A stretch of DNA of 32,000 bases from Halomicronema hongdechloris C2206 (GCF_002075285.3 NZ_CP021983.2:1950001-1982000); one strand, 5' to 3'. Positions 1 through 6,482 are shown, numbered from the stretch's first letter. Notes: generated from the sequence alone by a model not told the origin. A program made the numbers and translations.

Positions 1-1
1 C

Positions 2-691
2 GGTGCGGATTTCGAAATTGCTGTGCGAGATAGCCTGCAATATTTAGGCTTCAAAATTGAACTTTCTCACAGAGGGGGCGCAGGTGGTTTAGACTTAGCC
101 TGTTCCGAACCTTACGCTCTTATTGGTGAGTGCAAGTCTGGCAAGAGAATTCCCAACGACACCGCTGTTCAGCTTCTCAATCTCGGTACCTTAAGACTAA
201 CTGATAAAGAAACCTATAGGACTGCTGCTAAGTTAATTATTGGCCCTGGTGAACCCACATCTCAGCTAGAAAAAGCTGCAAAGGTACACGGTATGGCAAT
301 CATCAATCCGACAACTCTCGAAAATCTAGTACAACTTCATCACCAGCATCCAGGCTCCATTGATCTCTTGCAACTGAAAGAGTACCTAGCCGATGGTCGC
401 GCCGATGACGAGGTTGACAAGTATATTCAAAAAGTGAAAGCGCAGCTAGCATTACGCGCTTACATTGTTGACCAGATTCGACATTATTTGGAAGATGCTA
501 AAGCAGATGATGCCAATGTCGATTCCCTCCATGCCGTATATGTCGTCTCGAAGCGCGCTCCCTCTCTAAGTCGAGAAGAGTTCCATGAAATTTTGATCGA
601 GTTGTCTTCGCCGCTAGCAGGCTATCTTGGGCGCAGAAAAGACTCAGATGGCAAAGATCATTTTTATTTCCTGCGAGAGCTTCATGTCTAG
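2..691 (+). CDS. Mrr-like (PD-(D/E)xK) restriction endonuclease domain protein, 5' end outside the window
   Basis: The frame is open from the window edge (GADFEIAVRDSLQYLGF...). GGLDL...ALIGECKSGK fits the D...(D/E)xK core of Mrr_cat-type nucleases. About 150 aa of unassigned C-terminal domain follow. AT-richer than the core genes. Confidence 0.55.
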   Translation, partial: GADFEIAVRDSLQYLGFKIELSHRGGAGGLDLACSEPYALIGECKSGKRIPNDTAVQLLNLGTLRLTDKETYRTAAKLIIGPGEPTSQLEKAAKVHGMAIINPTTLENLVQLHHQHPGSIDLLQLKEYLADGRADDEVDKYIQKVKAQLALRAYIVDQIRHYLEDAKADDANVDSLHAVYVVSKRAPSLSREEFHEILIELSSPLAGYLGRRKDSDGKDHFYFLRELHV

Positions 692-704
692 TGAAACCTC
701 ATCC

Positions 705-1112
705 ATGATCACGGTTGCCATGACCAAAGGGCTAGGGTTGCTTCATTGGGTGAAGTGGCTGTCTCTGGTTTTTCTGGGGTTAATCATTGCAGGGCTGCTG
801 GTCAAGGAGCGGGCCAATGTGGGGAGTTTCTTTTTGCAGGTGGGGTGGATGATGTTGGCGTTGATGGTGCTCACCATGGCGTTGGGATATACGATCGCAA
901 CCCTGGCAAGCCTAGATAATCGCAGCGCGACGGCGATTACCATCGAAGTGGGCATCCACAATGGAACCTTAGCCATTGCGATCGCAAGTGCACCTGCCTT
1001 CCTCAACACACCAGCGATGGCGATTCCTGCCGCGATTTACTCGCTGCTGATGTTTGCCGTCAGTGGGGCATTTGCCTGGTGGGCTCAGCGGCAAGCGACC
1101 ATAAGCACCTAG
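705..1112 (+). pseudogene. C-terminal fragment of a bile acid:Na+ symporter (BASS/SBF-like) family transporter
   Basis: About 135 aa of hydrophobic helices (...SATAITIEVGIHNGTLAIAIA...AIPAAIYSLLMFAVSG...) resemble the last helices of BASS proteins, which are normally ~300 aa. The upstream part of the ORF overlaps the nuclease gene and is not transporter-like. GC-rich like the core genome and contains a HIP1 site at 978-985. Confidence 0.45.
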
Positions 1113-1250
1113 ACAATAGCATTGGCCAATCAACTGAGGACATGACCGATCGGTTCATGGTGCAGTCCAAGGGGTTCGAACAAAACAGCACCGCCGCCGC
1201 GCCGCATGCACTAAGAGCTGAGCTACTAGCTAGGGCCAAGTTCGGGAGCC

Positions 1251-1318
1251 GTTGAGGATGCGGACTGCATCCCAACAGTTAACTGCTCAGCAGGCTGTGT
1301 GCATGGGCATTGTTGGGC
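1251..1318 (-). other. Nested integron-core-like inverted heptamers (possible short or degenerate attC at the distal end of the cassette array)
   Basis: Read on the minus strand: GCCCAAC (1312-1318, fits RYYYAAC), then GTTGGGA (1270-1276, near GTTRRRY), then CCTCAAC (1251-1257). The last two form a 10-bp hairpin with one bulged T (GTTGGGATGC-AGTCC-GCATCCTCAAC). The element starts 36 nt after the methyltransferase stop. Confidence 0.3.
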
Positions 1319-1353
1319 GGTAAATCACCTAAGGTCGCAAACTTCCCACAAAA

Positions 1354-2157
1354 TCATGATTTTGTTGCTGTAATGATGTGAACTGGTACTCGAAACTCTA
1401 CTGCGCCGCTATCAGTCTGAAACGCCTCCAGCACAGTTTCAGCCTCTTCGACAACGGCTTCAATTGTATCCTCGTTTAGATGGATGCCCGCAAACGGGAA
1501 CCATCCCTTCACGTCCGCAAGCACCATATTCCTAACGCTTGAAAAGCGAGCCATGCCCTCCTCCATTCTGATTGCCGCGGAAGTAATCCCTGCACTAGCG
1601 AACACCGATGCAAGTGTGTCCGGATCACCCATCGAGAAGGGCATACGAAGCGCATCGCCTACCGCCTTACCGACCTGGTGCTCGTAAACATTAGCGATAG
1701 CACCATAGGCGGGCAAATCTTCCAGAGAGCCAAACACCGCTACTGCCAAATGACCACCGGGCTTTAGTACGCGCCTCATTTCTTGTAGGGCGATTATGGG
1801 GGCTGCAAAGAGCATCAACCCGAACTGGCTAAGGACGGCATCAAAGCTGTCGTTTGCATAAAGCAACGATTCAGCGTCTCCTTCACGCCACTCAACCGCT
1901 GGGGCGATGCGGTTCGCGACGGCTAGCATACCCGGATTAACATCCACCCCCGACACCGATCCATTACGACCAACCCGCTCGGCAACGACTCGTGCCAGCA
2001 CTCCGGTGCCACACGCAACATCCAGGACGTGTTGGCCTTCCTGGATGTCGGCTGCATCCGCTAACCGAGGTGTCCATTCTGTGAACAAAGCTGGGGCGAG
2101 GAGTTGTTCATAAGCTTCAGCAACTTTCACAAGTTCTTGGATATTTAGTTCATTCAT
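1354..2157 (-). CDS. Class I SAM-dependent methyltransferase (Methyltransf_11/UbiE-like), cassette-like gene
   Basis: 267-aa ORF with motif I VLDVACGTGVLA, an acidic loop GVDVNPGML and post-I/II motifs. A GGAGGAG Shine-Dalgarno lies 8-9 nt upstream. The start is only 20 nt downstream of the attC R' site. Confidence 0.85.
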   Translation of the reverse strand: MNELNIQELVKVAEAYEQLLAPALFTEWTPRLADAADIQEGQHVLDVACGTGVLARVVAERVGRNGSVSGVDVNPGMLAVANRIAPAVEWREGDAESLLYANDSFDAVLSQFGLMLFAAPIIALQEMRRVLKPGGHLAVAVFGSLEDLPAYGAIANVYEHQVGKAVGDALRMPFSMGDPDTLASVFASAGITSAAIRMEEGMARFSSVRNMVLADVKGWFPFAGIHLNEDTIEAVVEEAETVLEAFQTDSGAVEFRVPVHIITATKS

Positions 2158-2177
2158 CTTAGGTCTCCTCCATTGCC

Positions 2178-2264
2178 GCCCAACGTTCCGGTTGAGCGGC
2201 TGCTAGTAGCCTACGCAGCATGACCAAGATCTCTTATCAGTCCGCTCCAACCGGGTTGTTAGAC
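2178..2264 (-). other. Integron attC recombination site (87 bp)
   Basis: Minus strand reads R'' GTCTAAC - aac - L'' CCGGTTG[G]AGCGG - 49-nt loop - L' CCGCTCAACCGG - aac - R' GTTGGGC. R'' fits RYYYAAC and R' fits GTTRRRY exactly. The L arms pair over 12 bp with one extrahelical G in L''. The site lies between the stop of one minus-strand gene and the start of the next. Confidence 0.65.
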
Positions 2265-2307
2265 ATGCACGACCGATCACTTTCAATTAGCAATCCTGTC
2301 TTTATGC

Positions 2308-2730
2308 TTACTCACCCTGCTTGAGACGGACTTCAAATTCAGAACGCGCACGGAAAAAACAAACATCAAACTCAAAAAAGAAATTAGCTTGACCCAAAAT
2401 TAAAGGCACATTAGGTGCTTGCGTCCAGGCAAATGCAAGATCAACAGTGTGAAAAGAACTGACTTGTGCGGCAATAACCACTGCACGAGCTTCAAATCGA
2501 GCCAGATTTCCTGCTAATAGAACCGAGAGTGTTTCATTCTCCCAGATTAAACCCAGTTGCGTTCCCAACTCGTACGGGAGAACATTTACGCTAGCGCCTG
2601 TATCCAATAAACCCTCGACGTTCAAGGATTGACCATTGAAGTCGAGAGTCAAAGGCAGGTATGGCATTCGATCAACCATGCCAAGGTTGCTGTCGATGAT
2701 CTTATAAGAAAATCTTTGAGCGTCAACCAT
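2308..2730 (-). CDS. Stand-alone retropepsin-like aspartic protease (single DTGA lobe)
   Basis: 140-aa ORF with LLDTGASVNVLP (a D-T-G-A active-site signature) at the position expected for retropepsin-like bacterial proteases. Its start overlaps the upstream gene's stop (ATGGTTGA). Confidence 0.75.
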   Translation of the reverse strand: MVDAQRFSYKIIDSNLGMVDRMPYLPLTLDFNGQSLNVEGLLDTGASVNVLPYELGTQLGLIWENETLSVLLAGNLARFEARAVVIAAQVSSFHTVDLAFAWTQAPNVPLILGQANFFFEFDVCFFRARSEFEVRLKQGE

Positions 2731-2941
2731 TCTTCTCTTGCTGCTTCGTTGCCAGAAGCTTCATCAAAGTATTAGCAGCGTCAGAACAATTGTACGGCGA
2801 CCAAACTGGATACTCTTGGTTCGCAACAAAGAAATTTGCGTCTTCTTCCCTAACTAGCTCTGTAGCAAGGAACTGCATTAGCCGAAGTTTGTCAATTTTT
2901 GGAAGTTCCTGGATTTGTGACATCAGTTCAGCTAATGGCAT
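2723..2941 (-). CDS. Small helical protein (antitoxin/addiction-module-component-like), translationally coupled to the aspartic protease
   Basis: 72-aa ORF with a GAGGAG Shine-Dalgarno 8 nt upstream. The N-terminal LMSQIQELPKIDKLRLMQFL pattern resembles small putative addiction-module components. There is an 8-nt overlap with the downstream gene. Confidence 0.55.
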   Translation of the reverse strand: MPLAELMSQIQELPKIDKLRLMQFLATELVREEDANFFVANQEYPVWSPYNCSDAANTLMKLLATKQQEKNG

Positions 2942-3134
2942 TTGAGAATCTCCTCGTCTGAGGCTTGGTGAAACGAAGCTATTATGTTTATCATTTTAAC
3001 CTGGCGATCGCATCCACGATTACGGCTTGAAGTGAGATTGCACCTCTAGCCTAGTCAAGCGATGCAGGTTTCCTATTGTCAACCCAGCCTACGACGATAG
3101 GCGATCACTTTTTTCCTACGTTAGAGGAATGAGT

Positions 3135-3836
3135 CTACGGGGGAATAGCTTTGAAGCTAGTCGGTAAGTCTGAGTTAGGAAGGTTGCTTATGACATCACC
3201 GGAGGCTTGTTCCTGAAAGAGGCGCTGGTCTTGAGTACTGTAAATTTCTAAAATGCCCATGCCCATGCTGTTAATGCGAACAAAATACTGCACTGGTATG
3301 CCATTTTTTTCTCCATAAGCGACATAGCTGACAGCTTGCTCATACGGTTCTTCAGCTGGTACAAAAGTAGCAGCAGCCCCATTCAATTCCTGTCCATTTA
3401 TAAGTTTATTGAACGCGTTCATGGCGAGCCGATTGCCTGATTCAAAAACTCTGACTCCATAACTAGGAGTTTCAAATGCAAGTCGAGTAACGGTTATGGG
3501 AGAGATTGAGCTCTGAGCTGGTAAAGTTCGCAACTTTTCTAGGCTTTCTGCGTTTTTGTCCAAACTTTCTGTGTCTAAGACTTTGACAGCTCCAATCTCA
3601 GTCAAAAATCTTAATTGTTCGGTAGCGTCTTCGTTTGAAATGTCTTTGTTAGACAAAATGTCTGAGATAAGAGAGTACTCATATTTTAGCCTTTCAAGAG
3701 TTAGTGCTGTATGCCCCTCAAGACCCTGTCCAATCACTGAGCCCAGAAAAGTGAAAAATCCTGCTGCTCCCAATAATCCAATCCATCTCTCAGAATGCGT
3801 TTTGTTTTGTCTAAGCGGCTCTTCTATCTTTGTCAT
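3135..3836 (-). CDS. Hypothetical protein with one N-terminal transmembrane helix (orphan cassette-like gene)
   Basis: 233-aa ORF. It has a TM segment WIGLLGAAGFFTFLGSVIG, then a charged helical region and a C-terminal domain with no motif I recognise. AT-rich, with no obvious Shine-Dalgarno. Confidence 0.55.
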   Translation of the reverse strand: MTKIEEPLRQNKTHSERWIGLLGAAGFFTFLGSVIGQGLEGHTALTLERLKYEYSLISDILSNKDISNEDATEQLRFLTEIGAVKVLDTESLDKNAESLEKLRTLPAQSSISPITVTRLAFETPSYGVRVFESGNRLAMNAFNKLINGQELNGAAATFVPAEEPYEQAVSYVAYGEKNGIPVQYFVRINSMGMGILEIYSTQDQRLFQEQASGDVISNLPNSDLPTSFKAIPP

Positions 3837-3938
3837 AGTTATAAGGGTTTAGCGTTACAGCACCACAGAGTGGGCTCTTTAAGGAAGTTTGGATGAGGAA
3901 AAGCTTGACTAGCTACTGAGGCGCTTCAAAACTAATCT

Positions 3939-4705
3939 GTCGGGTAAAGGAGGAAGTTTTAGATATGGCTTCCTCCCTCCCCTCAGAACCGTGCATACGA
4001 CTTTCACCGTACCCGGCTCAAGCAATGTCTTGAGATTCAGTGTCTCCGATTCTTAACAACCCTTACGAGTTGTCCTGACGGTTACGTTTGCAAACCGGAG
4101 CTTGCACCTAACTTTTCCCAATCAGTTAAGTCTCATCTCACCTTCAGTCAAGACCATCACCTGTCCCACGTCAGCACCCTTTCGGGTTAGGTATTGCCCT
4201 ATCTGCCCCGTTATGGTTTCCGGTTGCCTTTCGGCTGGCAGCATTCGCGTCTTGGGACATCCTGTGCCCGCTAAAGAATTCAGCTTTGGTTGCCCATCGC
4301 TTACCCGATTTTGAAGGCAAAATCAGGACTCTATCGGGGTTTCCTCGTTCCGCACGGGGTGGAGATGCGGTTGCCTTAGGACTCCTCTCTACTCCGGGGG
4401 CGGGGTGTTCTTAGTTGGCGTTTAGACGCCGCCAACCCCCATGTGCCCCAACATGCTCGTGTCAGCCCTTTCGAGCACTACGATTAACGAAGCCTCATCA
4501 AGGATTCATTTGCATTATCCCTAGCAACCTTGCCCTAGCCTGCACCCTCGATTTGGCTCCAAAGGTGCTTCAACACTTAACCTCATCTGCTGATGCTGCC
4601 CTCCCATTACTGGTTGAACATTCTGAGGCGGACATCCGCTTGAACACTAGCGGGGAAAGGCGTTTAAGAGCCTCTCCAACTCCCCCGAACGACTTCGAGT
4701 CGCGC
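3939..4705 (-). mobile_element. ORF-less group II intron (767 nt)
   Basis: Minus strand. Domain V lies at 3986-4019 (GAGCCGGGUACGGUGAAAGUCGUAUGCACGGUUC: AGC triad, 2-nt bulge, GAAA loop). Domain VI has an 8-bp helix GGAGGAAG/CUUCCUCC and a bulged A 7 nt from a ...CCCGAC 3' end. The 5' end reads GCGCGAC. An EBS1-like loop GUCUAA (4422-4427) complements the last six 5'-exon bases. There is no reverse-transcriptase ORF. Confidence 0.85.
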
Positions 4706-4989
4706 GTCTAACTTGTAATTCATCAGCATTACCTCCTTCGAAGCGGTCTAATCCACCTCTGCAGAGGTATTATCTACCATTCGTGCTAGATAACACCCCT
4801 CGGGGGAGATATAGTCTGCAGGAAACCGGTCTAATCACCCTGCTGGGAGTTTTATCCATCATCAATGCAATCTAATTCCCCTAAATCAGGGGATTGGGCG
4901 ACTAGAAAGCTCGATAAGATCCCAATCATAGGTGTTATCCAGCACTTGACGCGGATAATAGCCTTGAAACGGTGAGTTATCCGGCTAAC
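4706..4989 (-). promoter_or_regulatory. Candidate attI-like region: GTTAGAC core plus upstream direct repeats of (A/G)TTAG(A/C)(C/T)
   Basis: Minus-strand heptamers: GTTAGAC (4706-4712), ATTAGAC (4746-4752), ATTAGAC (4829-4835), ATTAGAT (4870-4876) and GTTAGCC (4983-4989). The two ATTAGAC copies sit in a longer repeat, GGTG(G)ATTAGACCG. The region lies between the intI-like start and the first cassette-like gene. Confidence 0.3.
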
Positions 4990-5074
4990 TTCAGCAAAAC
5001 TTTATTTAGAGTAAGAGCATATTTCAGTGTAATATTTAGCACATTAGTTCTACTTATGTGTCTGCTACTCGCCT

Positions 5075-5580
5075 ATGGACCCCCAACCTAGGAAGCTGCT
5101 CGACCAGGTTCGAGATGCTATTCGGCTTAAACATTATTCCTATAAAACTGAGCAGACCTATGTCGGCTGGATTCATCGCTATACCCTTTTCCACAACAAG
5201 CAGCATCCCAAGGAAATGGGTAGTGCTGAGATTGAGGCATTCTTGACTCATCTCACCGTTGAAAAGCAGGTGTTAGCCTCTACTCAAAATCAGGCATTCA
5301 GTGCTCTGCTGTTTTTATACCGCCAGGTCTTGAATCAAGACCTAGGCAGCTCTATCAATGCCGTTCGCGCTAGGCCATCCCGGTATTTGCCAACGGTACT
5401 CATCAAAGCTGAGGTGAGATCAATACTCAGCCGGGTGACCAAGAGTCCCAGCCTCGTGATTCAGATACTCTACGGTAGTGGCTTACGGCTCAACGAAGGT
5501 CTACGGTTGCGCGTAAAGGATTTGGATTTTGCTCAGCGTCACGTTATTGTCCGTGATGCAAAAGGCAACGAAAGTCGATC
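5075..5580 (+). pseudogene. intI: Integron-type tyrosine recombinase (IntI-like), N-terminal ~168 aa only
   Basis: LLDQVRDAIRLKHYSYKTEQTYVGWIHRY..., ASTQNQAFSALLFLYRQVL, RPSRYLPTVL and LYGSGLRLNEGLRLRVKDLDFAQRHVIVRDAKG match the conserved IntI blocks as I recall them from IntI1. Similarity stops near 5580. The HxxR, IntI-specific patch and catalytic Tyr regions are absent. Confidence 0.75.
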
Positions 5581-5651
5581 AGGATTAAACTCCCATGAAT
5601 GCAACCGCCAGTCATCGCTGATATCTAGAGCCTCACGGTCGAGACTCCAGC

Positions 5652-5713
5652 CAGTCACCATTGACACTCTGGCAGTCACCACTGACACTCTGGCAGTCAC
5701 CACTGATACCTGG
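5652..5713 (+). repeat. Three tandem ~21-bp repeats (CAGTCACCAYTGACACTCTGG) with a degenerate fourth unit
   Basis: Units lie at 5652-5672, 5673-5693 and 5694-5713, read directly. They sit in the non-homologous tail that follows the integrase fragment. Confidence 0.9.
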
Positions 5714-5769
5714 AGGCTCACCAGTGAGATGGCAAGCCGATTGACTGACGTAAATCTAATAGGTGATGG

Positions 5770-6186
5770 CTAATCCATGGCGTCCAGCAAACCCTGTTGC
5801 TGCATGACACTGAGCAGCCAGTTGGCCATGGTGGCCCGACGGGTGAGGCGAGGGATCAACTGGTCCACGCTGTAGCCCTTGAACCCCAGGTAGGTTTTCA
5901 GCAGTTGTTTATTGTCTTTGGGAATGGAGCGGGTAAGCTTCACAGTGGCCGGACGGCTCTCGATGAAATGGGGCGGGATGGGATAAGCTTCCGCCCAGGT
6001 CGGCTCGACCATGTCAGTTTGCCATGCATCGTTGGCAGGGTCGTAGCGATAGCCGAGATGATGCCATACCAAACGGTTCACGGTGTCATCATCGAGGGTG
6101 TCGTTAAGAATTGCCCAAATGGTGTCAGTCGTCAGCGCTGGCAAGGCATCCATGGCGTTGGAGGTGGCAATAGGCGTAGGATTCAC
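5770..6186 (-). CDS. Conserved cyanobacterial hypothetical protein (possibly DUF1823-like)
   Basis: 138-aa ORF with core-like GC content. The sequence (...VNRLVWHHLGYRYDP...WAEAYPIPPHFIESRPATVKLTRSIP...) looks like a conserved small cyanobacterial/plastid-lineage protein. The family name is from memory only. Confidence 0.6.
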   Translation of the reverse strand: MNPTPIATSNAMDALPALTTDTIWAILNDTLDDDTVNRLVWHHLGYRYDPANDAWQTDMVEPTWAEAYPIPPHFIESRPATVKLTRSIPKDNKQLLKTYLGFKGYSVDQLIPRLTRRATMANWLLSVMQQQGLLDAMD

Positions 6187-6457
6187 TGACAGCCATGGTA
6201 TCCTCTGCCAGGTTCTCTCTCCAACTTGATTTCCGCTAGCTACCCCGTGATCTGACGCACATCACCGGTCCTTCAGGATCACGAGGATTCGTAGCCCCCA
6301 TCACGGGGACATAGCGCCAGAATCACGAAGATGTCGCGACAGATATCACCCCTGCCTAGGAAAAAACTACGCATAATGCAGTCATATCTGAGCAGCCAAT
6401 AATTTATTCCTCTAAACGCGTTTCCTGCTTTCCTCCGACGACAACTGCACACTTAAG

Positions 6458-6482
6458 CCCCGGCCTTAGGGTCGGGGTTTTT
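6458..6482 (+). terminator. Rho-independent terminator with no annotated upstream plus-strand gene
   Basis: Stem CCCCGGCC / GGTCGGGG (8 bp, one G-U pair), loop TTAG, followed by TTTTT. Confidence 0.5.

Noticed and set aside
627-704. N-terminal extension of the transporter-fragment ORF overlapping the nuclease gene
   Set aside because: This part (MGAEKTQMAKIIFISCESFMSSETSS) is not membrane-like. It is just the alternative frame of the nuclease 3' end.
1170-1190. tRNA-like T-loop sequence GGGGTTCGAAC
   Set aside because: The flanking bases do not form a T-stem, acceptor stem or anticodon arm on either strand. At most it is a tRNA-derived remnant, which I cannot demonstrate.
2942-3134. Candidate attC built from CTCTAAC (3121-3127) with GTTGACA (3076-3082) or GTTAAAA (~2994)
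   Set aside because: The R''/R' pairing is limited to 3-4 bp, and there are no symmetric L''/L' arms. It does not meet the architecture seen at 2178-2264.
4102-4711. Two plus-strand ORFs (70 and 98 aa) inside the group II intron region
   Set aside because: They lie antisense to the intron RNA, are Cys/Pro/Arg-rich and have no reverse-transcriptase or maturase motifs. The intron is ORF-less.
5040-5074. Possible LexA/SOS box (TAGTTCTACTTATGTGTCT) in front of the intI-like gene
   Set aside because: It resembles the cyanobacterial RGTAC-N3-DGTWCB box only loosely, because both half-sites are imperfect. It is not strong enough to call, and the integrase is truncated anyway.
5581-5773. C-terminal 64 aa of the 232-aa 'integrase' ORF (TIDTLAVTTDTLAVTTDT...)
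   Set aside because: This is the translation of the 21-bp tandem repeats after the homology breakpoint. It is not part of a functional recombinase.
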